DNA from: Acetobacteraceae bacterium
GTDB taxonomy: Bacteria; Pseudomonadota; Alphaproteobacteria; Acetobacterales; Acetobacteraceae
DNA: 33,201 nucleotides
Assembly: GCA_027489135.1 (NCBI GenBank)
Contig: JAIYAI010000286.1
Location: 1-33,201 of the forward strand
Direction: 5' to 3'
Position 1 is the stretch's first letter, and each line of letters opens with the position of its first letter. A program made the position numbers and the translations under genes. Of the stretch, positions 9,434 to 18,912 are shown piece by piece. The notes beneath the pieces were generated by a model. That model saw only the letters and a list, made by a program, of their open reading frames with translations, was not told where the DNA came from and made no database searches.

Positions 9434-11638
9434 ATGGTCGTACCGCTGATCGGGTACATGGACCGCTTCTCGGCACGCCCGGGCGAGCGCCTGGCCGTGA
9501 AGGTGTCCTCGCATCTGAGCGGGCCCTACAGCGCCGACCTGGTGCGCGTCCGCCACGCGGATCCGAACCCCGCGGGCCCGGGCATGAAGCTGCTGCCGGT
9601 TCCGGCGGCATGGGCCGGCCCCTACCCATCGCGCCCGCAGCGGGTGCCGCGCGGGTCCCATGCCGAGGCCGCCGGCAGCCTGGCGCTCGGCCATGCCTTC
9701 GTGCTGCTGGTCCGCGTGCAGCCCTGGCTGCTGCGGGCGCATCGCGGGCCGCAGACCATCCTCGCGCTGACCCTGCCGGGGCGGTCCCTGACGCTCGAGG
9801 TCGATAGCACCGGCTTCGCCGTCGACGCGGTAGTGAACGGCACCGCGACGCGCGTGGCCACGACGGCGGCGCCGGAGGGGCGGCGCTGGTACGAGATCGC
9901 CGTCACTGTCGCGGAGGGGCGCATCGCCCTGACCCAGACGCCGCTGCAGGTCACCTGGGGCGCCGCCGATGCGGGGACGGCGGAAGCCGCCATCCCCGTC
10001 GCCGCCTGGGATGGCGCCGCGACCATCAGCTTTGCCGCGCATCCCGATTCGCACGGTCATGCCACGGCGCATTTCAACGGCCGCATCGAGGACCCGCTGC
10101 TGCTCCGCGGTGTCGCGCCCGGCGTGACTCTGGCCGACCCCGAGGCGCTGCTCGCCTCCGGCAAGGTCGCGGCCTGGTGGGACTTCTCCATCGGCCAGGA
10201 AGGCGAGGCGATCCAGGATCGCGGCGCCGGCGCGCTGCACGGCCGCGTGGTGAACTTCCCGGCCCGGGCCATGAAGGGCAGCCGCTGGACCGGCGCCGAG
10301 CATGTCTGGCGCCACGCCCCGCGCCACTACGCCGCCATCCACTTCCACGAGGACGACCTCGAGGATTGCGGCTGGGAGACCGACTTCACCGTCCCCATCC
10401 CGGAGGACATGCCGAGCGGCGTGTACGGCGTACGGCTGCGGCATGGCGAGCGCTGGGACATCATCCCCTTCTTCGTGCTGCCGCCGAAGGGCGTCGCGCG
10501 CGCGCCCATCGCCTACCTGGCGAACACCTTCACCTGCCAGGTCTACGCCAACTACCGCCGCCCGGACTTCCCGGAGACCCAGCTCGATCGCCGCAAGGCC
10601 TGGGGTGCCTATCCGCATTGCGGCAACCTCGACTGGGACTACCAGCTCTCGACCTACAACAACCATCCCGACGGCAGCGGCATCAGCTTCTCCTCCCGCC
10701 TCAGGCCGATCTTCAACATGCGCCCCGGCTTTCTCGCCGTGCCGGACGACAGGGGCTCGGGCCTCCGGCACCTGCCGGCCGATACGCATTTGACGGACTG
10801 GATGGAGGAGAAGGGCCTCGCCTACGACGTCATCACCGACGAGGATCTCGACAACGAGGGCTACGACCTGCTCTCGCGCTACCGCTGCGTCGTCACGGGC
10901 TCGCATCCGGAATACCACACGCCGGGCACGCTCGACGCGCTGCAGGAATTCGTCAACCGCGGCGGCAACCTTGCCTATCTCGGCGGCAACGGCTTCTACT
11001 GGAAGGTCGCGCGCCGGCGCGACCGGCCGCATGTTGTGGAGATCCGCCGCGCCGAGGGCGGCATCCGCGCCTGGGCTGCCGAGCATGGCGAATACTACAA
11101 CCAACTCGACGGCACCCTTGGCGGGCTCTGGCGCCGCAACGGCCGGCCACCGCAGATGCTGGCCGGCGTCGGCTTCTCCGGCCAGGGCAAGTTCGAGGGC
11201 AGCCACTACCGCCGCATGGACGGCGCCGCCGATCCCCGCGCCGCCTGGATCATGGACGGCGTGGAGATGGACCAGCACGGCGATGGCAACACCTTCGGCG
11301 GCTTCGGGCTTTCCGGCGGCGGCGCCGCGGGCTTCGAACTCGACCGTGCCGATCCGCTGCTCGGCACGCCGCCCAATGCCGTGATCCTGGCGCGCAGCGA
11401 GCAGCACCAGGACCATTTCGTGACGGTGCCGGAGGAACTCCTCACCCATCTCACCACCGTCACCGGCGAGAAGCCGGAGGCGCTGATCCGCGCCGAGATC
11501 GTCTACTTCGAGACCACCAACGGCGGCGCCGTCTTCTCCACCGGCTCGATCACCTTCTGCGGCAGCCTCTCGCACAACGGCTACCGCAACGGCATCTCGC
11601 GCATGCTGGATAACGTGCTCCGGCGCTTCTCCTCCTAG
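9434..11638 (+). CDS. N,N-dimethylformamidase large (beta) subunit family protein; substrate unknown
   Basis: 734 aa. The segments VRVRHADPNPAGPG, HFHEDDLEDCGWETDFTVPIPEDMPSGVYGVRL, IPFFVLPP and VVTGSHPEYHT parallel my recollection of the Methylobacterium DmfA2 large subunit. GGATGGAGG RBS upstream. No small-subunit gene is adjacent. Confidence 0.8.
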   Translation: MVVPLIGYMDRFSARPGERLAVKVSSHLSGPYSADLVRVRHADPNPAGPGMKLLPVPAAWAGPYPSRPQRVPRGSHAEAAGSLALGHAFVLLVRVQPWLLRAHRGPQTILALTLPGRSLTLEVDSTGFAVDAVVNGTATRVATTAAPEGRRWYEIAVTVAEGRIALTQTPLQVTWGAADAGTAEAAIPVAAWDGAATISFAAHPDSHGHATAHFNGRIEDPLLLRGVAPGVTLADPEALLASGKVAAWWDFSIGQEGEAIQDRGAGALHGRVVNFPARAMKGSRWTGAEHVWRHAPRHYAAIHFHEDDLEDCGWETDFTVPIPEDMPSGVYGVRLRHGERWDIIPFFVLPPKGVARAPIAYLANTFTCQVYANYRRPDFPETQLDRRKAWGAYPHCGNLDWDYQLSTYNNHPDGSGISFSSRLRPIFNMRPGFLAVPDDRGSGLRHLPADTHLTDWMEEKGLAYDVITDEDLDNEGYDLLSRYRCVVTGSHPEYHTPGTLDALQEFVNRGGNLAYLGGNGFYWKVARRRDRPHVVEIRRAEGGIRAWAAEHGEYYNQLDGTLGGLWRRNGRPPQMLAGVGFSGQGKFEGSHYRRMDGAADPRAAWIMDGVEMDQHGDGNTFGGFGLSGGGAAGFELDRADPLLGTPPNAVILARSEQHQDHFVTVPEELLTHLTTVTGEKPEALIRAEIVYFETTNGGAVFSTGSITFCGSLSHNGYRNGISRMLDNVLRRFSS

Positions 11639-11646
11639 GACACCCC

Positions 11647-14307
11647 ATGGACCGCCAGCCCGACGTGAGTCCCGTCGACCGCCACGTGAAGCACCGCGAG
11701 GACTACCGGCCGCCGGCCTGGCTGGTCGACACGGTCGAACTCGATTTCGACCTCGGCCGATCGGAAACCATCGTGAAGGCCAGGCTCGGCATCCGGCGCA
11801 ATCCGCGGGGGCAGGGTGGTCCGCTGCGGCTCGATGGCGGGCCGTTGACCCTGCTGGAGATCGGGCTGAACGGGCAACCGCTGTCGCCCGGGCGCTACGA
11901 GGTGGCCGCCGACGGCGCGCTGATCATCGATGTCGTGCCGGATACCTTCGTCCTGGAAACGCGCGTGGCGATCGCGCCGGATCGGAACTCGGAGCTGTCC
12001 GGCCTCTACACCTCGGGCGGCAATTTCTACACCCAGTGCGAGGCGGAAGGCTTCCGCCGCATCACCTTCTTCCCGGACCGGCCGGACGTGATGTCGCGCT
12101 ACACCGTGACCATCACGGCCGACCGCCTGGCCTGCCCCGTGATGCTGTCGAACGGCAATCCGGCAGGCTCCGGCCATGCGGGCGGCGGCCGGCACTGGGT
12201 GCGCTGGATCGATCCGCACCCGAAGCCGGCCTACCTCTTCGCGCTGGTCGCCGGCGACCTGGTCAACGTGCACGAGACCTTCGTCACCCGCTCGGGGCGC
12301 AGGGTCGCGTTGAACATCTGGGTCCGCCGCGGCGACGAGGACCGCTGCGGCCACGCCATGGACAGCCTTGTCCGCTCGATGCGCTGGGACGAGGAGGTCT
12401 ACGGCCTCGAATACGATCTCGATGTCTTCAACATCGCCGCCGTGTCCGACTTCAACATGGGGGCGATGGAGAACAAGGGCCTCAACGTCTTCAACACCAA
12501 GTACGTCCTGGCCAGCCCCGACACCGCGACCGATGCCGACTGGCAGGGCATCGAGACCGTCATCGCGCACGAGTATTTCCACAACTGGACCGGCAACCGG
12601 GTCACCTGCCGCGACTGGTTCCAGCTCTCCCTGAAGGAGGGGCTGACCGTCTTCCGCGACCAGGAATTCTCGGCCGACATGGGCAGCCGCGCGGTCAAGC
12701 GGATCCGCGACGTGCGCGGCCTGCGCGCTGGCCAGTTCCCCGAGGATGCGGGGCCGATGGCGCATCCGGTGCGACCCGACAGCTACATCGAGATCGACAA
12801 CTTCTATACCCCCACCGTCTACCAGAAGGGCGCGGAGGTGGTGCGGCTGCTGCACACCCGCATCGGGCCGGAGGCGTTCCGGCGCGGCATGGACCTCTAC
12901 ATCGCACGCAACGACAACAGCGCCGCGACGATCGAGGACTTCATCGGCGCGATGCAGGATGCCTCGGGTGTCGACCTCTCCGCCTTCGCCGGCTGGTACG
13001 CGCAGGCCGGCACGCCGGAGCTGAGCTTCGAGGACCGCTTCGATCCCGCCGCGCGCCGCTACGAATTGGTGCTGCGCCAGCGCACCGCGCCGACGCCGGG
13101 CCAGCCGGAGAAGCAACCGCTGCCCATTCCGGTCGCGATGGGGCTGCTCGGTCCCAACGGCCAGGCCCTGCCGACGCGCCTCGCCGGCGAGGCCAGGGCG
13201 ACGGAGGGGACGCGGCTGCTGCTGCTCGAGGCGGCGGAGCAACGCTTTGTCTTCGAGGACGTCACCGCCCCGCCGGTACCCTCGCTGCTGCGCGGCTTCT
13301 CGGCCCCGGTGCGGCTTTCCGGCATGGAGTCCGAGCGCCTTCGCTTCCTCGCGCTGCACGACATCGACCCCTTCGTGCGCTGGGACAGCGGCCAGCAATA
13401 CGCGACCGGGCTCATCCTCGACCTCGTGGCCCGGTACCGCGCCGGCGAGCCGCTCGGCTTCGACGAGGCACTGGCCGATGCGGTGCGCATGACCCTGGCG
13501 GGCGCCGAGGCTGACCCCGCCTTTGCCGCCGAGGCGCTCTTCCTGCCCGGCGAGGGCGTGGTTGCCGACCTGATGGCGGTGGCCGATCCGGAGGCGATCC
13601 ACCGCGTCCGCCGGCATCTGCGGACGGAGATCGGCCGCCGCTGCGCACGCGAACTGCGCGCGACCTATGTGGCGCTGACCGAGCCCGCGGGGACGCCGTT
13701 CTCGGCCGACGGCCTCAGCATCGGCCGGCGCGCCCTGCGCAATACCTGCCTCGGCTTTCTCGCCGCCGCCGGCCCGGAGGGCGTGCACCTCGCCGCCGCT
13801 CAGTATGCGGCGGCGACGAACATGACCGATCGCCTCACGGCGCTGTCCCTGCTGGCCGATACCGAGGATCCGGCGCGCGATGCCGCGTTGGCCGATTTCC
13901 ATGCCCGCTGGCGGGGCAACGACCTCGTGCTCGACAAGTGGTTCTCGATCCAGGCCATGGCGGCGCGGGCCGATGTCCTGCCGCAGGTGCGGGCGCTGTA
14001 CCGCCACCCCGATTTCGACCTGCGCAACCCGAACCGCGCCCGATCCCTGGTCGGCGCCTTCGCCTCCGGCAATCCGCGCTGGTTCCACGACGCCTCGGGC
14101 GAGGGGTACCGCTTCCTCGCCGATGCCGTGATCGCCATCGATCCGATCAACGGCGCGACCGCGGCCCGGATGGTGGGGCCGCTCGGGCAGTGGGCGCGGC
14201 AATCGCCGGAACGCGGGGCGCTGATGCAGGCCGAGCTCCGCCGTATCGCGGCGCTGCCCGGGCTGTCGCGCGGGACGGAGGAAAAGGTATCGAAGGCGCT
14301 GGGCTGA
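11647..14307 (+). CDS. pepN: Aminopeptidase N (M1 family zinc metallopeptidase)
   Basis: GAMENKGLN exopeptidase motif and HEYFHNWTGNRVTCRDWFQLSLKEG (HExxH-18-E). Colinear with E. coli PepN along the whole 886 aa. Confidence 0.97.
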   Translation: MDRQPDVSPVDRHVKHREDYRPPAWLVDTVELDFDLGRSETIVKARLGIRRNPRGQGGPLRLDGGPLTLLEIGLNGQPLSPGRYEVAADGALIIDVVPDTFVLETRVAIAPDRNSELSGLYTSGGNFYTQCEAEGFRRITFFPDRPDVMSRYTVTITADRLACPVMLSNGNPAGSGHAGGGRHWVRWIDPHPKPAYLFALVAGDLVNVHETFVTRSGRRVALNIWVRRGDEDRCGHAMDSLVRSMRWDEEVYGLEYDLDVFNIAAVSDFNMGAMENKGLNVFNTKYVLASPDTATDADWQGIETVIAHEYFHNWTGNRVTCRDWFQLSLKEGLTVFRDQEFSADMGSRAVKRIRDVRGLRAGQFPEDAGPMAHPVRPDSYIEIDNFYTPTVYQKGAEVVRLLHTRIGPEAFRRGMDLYIARNDNSAATIEDFIGAMQDASGVDLSAFAGWYAQAGTPELSFEDRFDPAARRYELVLRQRTAPTPGQPEKQPLPIPVAMGLLGPNGQALPTRLAGEARATEGTRLLLLEAAEQRFVFEDVTAPPVPSLLRGFSAPVRLSGMESERLRFLALHDIDPFVRWDSGQQYATGLILDLVARYRAGEPLGFDEALADAVRMTLAGAEADPAFAAEALFLPGEGVVADLMAVADPEAIHRVRRHLRTEIGRRCARELRATYVALTEPAGTPFSADGLSIGRRALRNTCLGFLAAAGPEGVHLAAAQYAAATNMTDRLTALSLLADTEDPARDAALADFHARWRGNDLVLDKWFSIQAMAARADVLPQVRALYRHPDFDLRNPNRARSLVGAFASGNPRWFHDASGEGYRFLADAVIAIDPINGATAARMVGPLGQWARQSPERGALMQAELRRIAALPGLSRGTEEKVSKALG

Positions 14308-14339
14308 GATGGTACGCCCCGGGGCGAGGGGGCCGTATC

Positions 14340-15416
14340 GTGCAGCGTCATTCCCGAAGGCAGGCTCTGTTCCACGGTCTCGGGCTAGGGCTCGGTCTGG
14401 GGGGATGCGCATCGATCGGCCCGGGGCGGCTGAACGACGACCAGCTCGACTACGCCCGTGTCATCGCCAATAGCGGCAAGCGGCAGACGCTGTTCAACCT
14501 GGTGCGGCTGCGCTTCGGCGAGCCACCGAGCTTCCTCGCCGTCAGCCAGGTCGTCTCCGGCTATTCGCTCCAGAATACCGCGCAGGGCAATTTCCAGATC
14601 AACCCCTCCGGCGCCGTCAACAGCTTCTGGGCGCTGCTCGGCAGCACCCAGTACACTGATCGCCCGACCTTCACCCTCGATCCCATCACCGGCGACCGCT
14701 TCGTCGAGGCCTATATGCGCCCCTTCGCGCCGGCCAGCGTGCTGCCGATGATCGATGGCGGCGTGCCGGTCGACCTGCTGTTCCGGCTGATGGCGCAATC
14801 CGTCGGCCCGTTGCAGAACACCCATCCGCTGGGCGGGCCGAACCGCAGCGGCTCCCCCGAATTCCTGCAGATGCTGGCCTGGCTGCGCGACCTGCAGGAG
14901 GGCGGTGCCCTGCGGGTCCGCGTCCGCAAGGAGCGCGACAGCCAGCGCGTCTTCGTCACACTCGACACCAGCCGCGCGCCCCGGCTACGGCAGACCGCCG
15001 ACCAGGTCTACCGGCTGCTCGGCATCGATCCCGCCACGCGGGAGATCGAGGTGATCTATGGCGTGGTGCCGAGCACGCCCCGCGGGCGCGAGATCCCGGT
15101 GCTGACGCGCTCGCTGCTCAACGTGCTCTATGCAGTGGCGGCCGAGATCGAGGTCGCAGACGCCGATGTCGCCGCCGACCGGGCGGCGCCGACGCTGCGC
15201 GAGGCGGGCAGTCCGCGGGCGATGATCGTCATCCGGTCCGGACCGCGCGTTCCCGACCACCCCTATGCGGAGGTGAAGGTGCGCGATCGCTGGTACTGGA
15301 TCACGGACGAGGACTACCAGTCCAAGCTGACCTTCACGATCCTCGAGTTGCTCAAGCGCATTGCCGAGGGCGGCCGCGGCACGGCCCCGCCGGTGCTGAC
15401 GATCCCGACGGGCTGA
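14340..15416 (+). CDS. Putative lipoprotein of unknown function
   Basis: GTG at 14340 sits 7 nt after GAGGGGG. The N-terminus QRHSRRQALFHGLGLGLGLGGC has a basic n-region, a hydrophobic core and an LGGC lipobox. GC3 is high throughout. I recognise no domain. The ORF-track start at 13938 would overlap pepN by 370 nt. Confidence 0.6.
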   Translation: MQRHSRRQALFHGLGLGLGLGGCASIGPGRLNDDQLDYARVIANSGKRQTLFNLVRLRFGEPPSFLAVSQVVSGYSLQNTAQGNFQINPSGAVNSFWALLGSTQYTDRPTFTLDPITGDRFVEAYMRPFAPASVLPMIDGGVPVDLLFRLMAQSVGPLQNTHPLGGPNRSGSPEFLQMLAWLRDLQEGGALRVRVRKERDSQRVFVTLDTSRAPRLRQTADQVYRLLGIDPATREIEVIYGVVPSTPRGREIPVLTRSLLNVLYAVAAEIEVADADVAADRAAPTLREAGSPRAMIVIRSGPRVPDHPYAEVKVRDRWYWITDEDYQSKLTFTILELLKRIAEGGRGTAPPVLTIPTG

Positions 15417-15425
15417 CCTCCCCCG

Positions 15426-16370
15426 TCAACGCCTGACCGCCGCCGCGATCGCGTCCTGCATGCGGTCCATCGCCTGCTGGAAGCCGGGCCCGTCCAGGTA
15501 GCCGTCGGTCTCGCCGGAGCGTTCGACGAAGGCGCGCCAGGACGCCACCTGCATGCCCTGGCGGAAGCGGTCGTGCAGGCCCTGCACCACGGCGTCCGGC
15601 GTGCCGGCCGGCACCTGCCAGCCCTTCATGTTCTCGAGCACGACGTCGTGGCCGAGTTCCCGCAGGGTGGGCACGTCCGCAAAGGCTTCGGCCCGCTCGG
15701 CCGAGCAGACCGCGAGGGGCCGCAGCAGCCCGCCATCGGTCATGCCACGGAACTCCTCGGGCGCGGCCACCATCAGGTCGATCTGCCCCGCCGCCAGGGC
15801 CTGCAGCCCCGGCGCGCCGCCGTTGAAGGGCACGTGCAGCAGCTCGACGCCGGCGCGCTTCTCCAGCACCACGAAGACGGCGTGGTAGATCGATCCGTTG
15901 CCGGAGGAGCCGTGGCTGACCGCCTGCGGCTTCTCCCGCGCCGCGGCCAGCGCCTCCGGCAGGGTGCGGAACCTGCCGTCCGCCTTGGCCAGGATGAAGA
16001 GGCGCTGGCGCATCACGCGCAGCACGGCGCGGAAGCCGCCGCGCGAATCGTAGGGCAGCTGTCGGAACACCGGGATGGAGGTGCTCTCGCTGCCGCCGCC
16101 CATGATCAGCGTATGGCCATCGGGCGGGGCGAGCGCGACCTGCTGCGCGGCGATGGTGCCGCCGGCGCCGGGGCGGTTCACCACGACCAGGGGCTGTGGC
16201 ATCAGCGGCTGCGTCGCCTCGATGATGGCGCGGGCGATGAGGTCCGTGCCGCCGCCCGGGGCGAAGCCGACGACGCATTGGATCGGCCGCGTCGGCTGCC
16301 AGCCCTGCGCCAGGGCGGGGACCGCCAAGGCGCTGCCCAGGCTGCCGAGGATCGCGCGTCGTCGCAGCAT
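15426..16370 (-). CDS. Tripartite tricarboxylate transporter substrate-binding protein (TctC/Bug family)
   Basis: Signal peptide MLRRRAILGSLGSALAVPALAQG followed by the Bug signature PIQCVVGFAPGGGTDLIARA. GGGAGGAG RBS upstream of the ATG at 16370. Confidence 0.85.
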   Translation of the reverse strand: MLRRRAILGSLGSALAVPALAQGWQPTRPIQCVVGFAPGGGTDLIARAIIEATQPLMPQPLVVVNRPGAGGTIAAQQVALAPPDGHTLIMGGGSESTSIPVFRQLPYDSRGGFRAVLRVMRQRLFILAKADGRFRTLPEALAAAREKPQAVSHGSSGNGSIYHAVFVVLEKRAGVELLHVPFNGGAPGLQALAAGQIDLMVAAPEEFRGMTDGGLLRPLAVCSAERAEAFADVPTLRELGHDVVLENMKGWQVPAGTPDAVVQGLHDRFRQGMQVASWRAFVERSGETDGYLDGPGFQQAMDRMQDAIAAAVRR

Positions 16371-16469
16371 GACTCTCCTCCCGGTATTCCTTGCCGCGAT
16401 GATACCCATGCGTTGACCGGTCCGGCCAGCGCGGGGGAGACTGCCGGAATGTCCGAGGGAGGGAGCACC
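16371..16469. promoter_or_regulatory. Divergent promoter region between the two TctC-family genes
   Basis: A 99-bp spacer. A TTGACC hexamer sits at 16413-16418, but I see no convincing -10 partner. Confidence 0.4.
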
Positions 16470-17444
16470 ATGCCCGGCGCGATCCGGCGAAGGCCGCTGT
16501 TCGCCGGCCTGGCTATGCTGGCGACCTCCGCGCGCGCCCAGGCCCCGGCCTGGCCGGCGGATCGGCCGATCTCCATCATCCTGCCCTTCCCGCCGGGCGG
16601 CGGCAGCGACGTGATGGCGCGGGCGATGGTGCCCTACCTGGAGCGCCATCTCGGCGGCGGCGCGCGTTTCATCGTGGTGAACCGCCCCGGCGCGGGGGCG
16701 GAGGTCGGCTACACGGCGACCGCCACGGCCGCGCCGGACGGCACCACGATCGGCGTCATCGTCGTCCCCAGCTTGCAGACCATCACCATCGAGCGCGCGC
16801 CGCGCTACCGGCTGGAGGACTTCGCGTTCCTCGGCAGCATTGTCGAGGATCCGGGCGGTTTCTTCGTCGCCCCCGACAGCCCGGTGCGCGATCTACGCGA
16901 CCTCGCCGCCCTGGCGCGGGAGAAGCCGGACCAGGTCTCCGTCGGAACCGCCGGCATCGGTTCGGACGACCACCTGCTGATGATCGCCTTCGCCCGGCTG
17001 ACCGGGACGCGGCTGACCCATGTGCCCTTCCAGGGCCAGGCGCCGACCGTCACCGCGCTGCTGGGCCGCCATATCACCGTCGCCGCGATGAATATCGGCG
17101 AGAGCCTGGAGCCGATGCGCCAGGGCCAGGTGCGCGCCATTGCCCAGGCCGGCGCCGCGCGCAGCGAGCTGGCGCCCGACCTGCCGACCTTCCGCGAGCA
17201 GGGCTTCGATGTCACCGGCGGCGTGGTGCGTGGTCTCGCCCTGCCGGCCGCGACACCGGCGCCGATCCGTGCACGGCTGGAAGCGGCGTTGCTCGCCACC
17301 ATGGACGATCCTGCCTGGCGGGCGGATGCGGCGCGGCTGGGCCAGCCGCTGCGGCGCATGGACGGCGCCGCGCTGGCACGGCTGGTGCGCGAGGAGGAGG
17401 CGGCGCTGCGTCGCCTCTGGCAGGAAAGCCCCTGGAAGGACTAG
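16470..17444 (+). CDS. Tripartite tricarboxylate transporter substrate-binding protein (TctC/Bug family)
   Basis: Signal peptide MPGAIRRRPLFAGLAMLATSARAQA followed by PISIILPFPPGGGSDVMARA. GAGGGAGGGA lies 5-6 nt upstream of the ATG at 16470. An alternative ATG is at 16449. Confidence 0.85.
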   Translation: MPGAIRRRPLFAGLAMLATSARAQAPAWPADRPISIILPFPPGGGSDVMARAMVPYLERHLGGGARFIVVNRPGAGAEVGYTATATAAPDGTTIGVIVVPSLQTITIERAPRYRLEDFAFLGSIVEDPGGFFVAPDSPVRDLRDLAALAREKPDQVSVGTAGIGSDDHLLMIAFARLTGTRLTHVPFQGQAPTVTALLGRHITVAAMNIGESLEPMRQGQVRAIAQAGAARSELAPDLPTFREQGFDVTGGVVRGLALPAATPAPIRARLEAALLATMDDPAWRADAARLGQPLRRMDGAALARLVREEEAALRRLWQESPWKD

Positions 17445-17449
17445 CGCGG

Positions 17450-18130
17450 ATGGTACGACGCCTGATCGATCTCTCGACCCCCGTCACCACCGGCCATTTC
17501 CGCTGGCCCGTCGAGCGCAAGCTCTGGAAGCGGCACGAGGAAGGCAATGCCGGCCAGGGCACCTGGGCCGGCTGGAACGTGCATGCCTTCACCCACATGG
17601 ACAGCCCGCGCCATGTCGACCCGCAGGGCTTCACCACGGACAGCATCACGCTCGACATGACGGTGGGCGACGCCGCGATCCTCGACCTTTCCGCCCTGCC
17701 AGAGAACCAGGGCATCACGGCGGCGCAGATGCAGGAAGCTGGCGCGCATCTCCGCCCCGGCGACATCGCCATCCTGAAGACCCGCTGGGACGAGCGCGCC
17801 GATATCGAGAGCGTCGAGTTCTGGACCCGCGCGCCCTGGGTGACGGATGAGGCGGCGCAGTGGCTCGGCACCACCGGCATCAAGGCGATCGGCTTCGACT
17901 TCCCGCAGGACGAGTGCATCCGCTACTTCGTCACGGGAAAGGCGAAGGTGCCGATCGAGGGGCAGCCGACGCACTACCACCTGCTGAAGAACCGCGGGAT
18001 CATCATGTTCGAGTATCTCCGCAACACCGGCGCGCTGACCCAGGCGCGCAGCATGGTGGTGGCGTTGCCGATCAAGCTGCCCGACAGCGACGGCGCGCCG
18101 GCGCGGGTGATCGCGATCGAGGAAGGCTGA
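17450..18130 (+). CDS. Cyclase family protein (kynurenine formamidase/isatin hydrolase-like metal-dependent amidohydrolase)
   Basis: Complete HxxTHxDxPxH signature (VHAFTHMDSPRHV). 226 aa. The start is 5 nt after the upstream stop. Confidence 0.8.
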   Translation: MVRRLIDLSTPVTTGHFRWPVERKLWKRHEEGNAGQGTWAGWNVHAFTHMDSPRHVDPQGFTTDSITLDMTVGDAAILDLSALPENQGITAAQMQEAGAHLRPGDIAILKTRWDERADIESVEFWTRAPWVTDEAAQWLGTTGIKAIGFDFPQDECIRYFVTGKAKVPIEGQPTHYHLLKNRGIIMFEYLRNTGALTQARSMVVALPIKLPDSDGAPARVIAIEEG

Positions 18131-18912
18131 TGCAGCGCTTCGCCGGCCGCATTGCGCTGGTCACGGGCGCCGGTGCGGGTCTCGGGGAGGCGACGGCGCA
18201 TCGCTTCGCCTCCGAGGGCGCCTGTGTCCTGGTGCTGGACCTGCAGCCCGAGCGCTCCGCCCGCGTCGCCGCCGAGATCGTCGCGAAGGGCGGCCGCGCC
18301 GAGGCCTGCACGGCGGATGTCGCCGATGAGGGTGAGATGGAGGCGGCGATCGCGGTCGCGGAGCGTGCCTTCGGCACGGTGCCCGACATCGCCATCTGCA
18401 ATGCCGGCATCACGGATCGGGCGCCGGCGCTGGAGATGCCTGTTGCGGCCTTCGAGCGGGTGATCCGCACCAACCTTATCGGCAGCTTCGTCTCCGCCCG
18501 CGTCGCCGCGCGCGCGATGATCGCGGCGGGGCGCAGTCCGGGGCATATCGTCACCATCGGCTCGGTCAGCGGCCAGGCCGGCGGCACGGGCCGCGCCGCC
18601 TATGGCGCGAGCAAGGCCGGCATCGAGCAGTTGACCCGCGTGCTGGCCGTGGAACTCGCGCCGCACGGGATCCTGGCGAATTGCGTCGCCCCGGGCCCCG
18701 TGCGCGTCGCCCGCACCGCGCATGGGCCGAAGCAGGAGGCCGCCTTCCTCGGCCGCATGGCGCTGAAGCGCTACGGCACGCCGGGGGACATCGCGGCGGC
18801 GATCGCCTTCCTCTGCTCCGAGGATGCGGGCTTCGTCACCGGCCATACGCTGAACGTCGATGGCGGCTTCCGCGCCGCCGGTGTGCTCTACGATCCGTCC
18901 GAGGGGGCTTGA
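18130..18912 (+). CDS. SDR family oxidoreductase
   Basis: TGAGAGLG cofactor motif, NAG (ICNAGI) and the YxxxK catalytic motif (YGASKAG). The ATG overlaps the upstream TGA as ATGA at 18128-18132. Confidence 0.9.
   Translation: MQRFAGRIALVTGAGAGLGEATAHRFASEGACVLVLDLQPERSARVAAEIVAKGGRAEACTADVADEGEMEAAIAVAERAFGTVPDIAICNAGITDRAPALEMPVAAFERVIRTNLIGSFVSARVAARAMIAAGRSPGHIVTIGSVSGQAGGTGRAAYGASKAGIEQLTRVLAVELAPHGILANCVAPGPVRVARTAHGPKQEAAFLGRMALKRYGTPGDIAAAIAFLCSEDAGFVTGHTLNVDGGFRAAGVLYDPSEGA

Noticed and set aside
9401-11575. 724-aa ORF antisense to the DMFase-like gene
   Set aside because: Same reasoning. The plus-strand frame carries the conserved family segments and the GC3 bias.
9434-11638. Calling this gene a true N,N-dimethylformamidase
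   Set aside because: Only large-subunit family membership is supported. The small-subunit gene is absent from the window and the context is peptidase-related, so the specific substrate is left open.
13938-14339. N-terminal extension of the lipoprotein ORF into pepN
   Set aside because: It would overlap pepN by 370 nt. The extension is Arg/Pro/Gly-rich. A GTG with a good RBS sits directly before a signal peptide at 14340. Similar extensions were trimmed at 2814, 6398, 6855, 9350, 15573, 16649, 17860, 18681, 21736, 21772, 22557, 25254 and 28213.
14376-14405. Short tandem GGN-CTN repeat encoding GLGLGLGLGG
   Set aside because: It is the hydrophobic core of a lipoprotein signal peptide, not a DNA repeat element.
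11635-14412. 925-aa ORF antisense to pepN
   Set aside because: pepN on the plus strand is unambiguous (GAMEN, HExxH-E). The antisense translation is low-complexity and Arg/Gly-rich.
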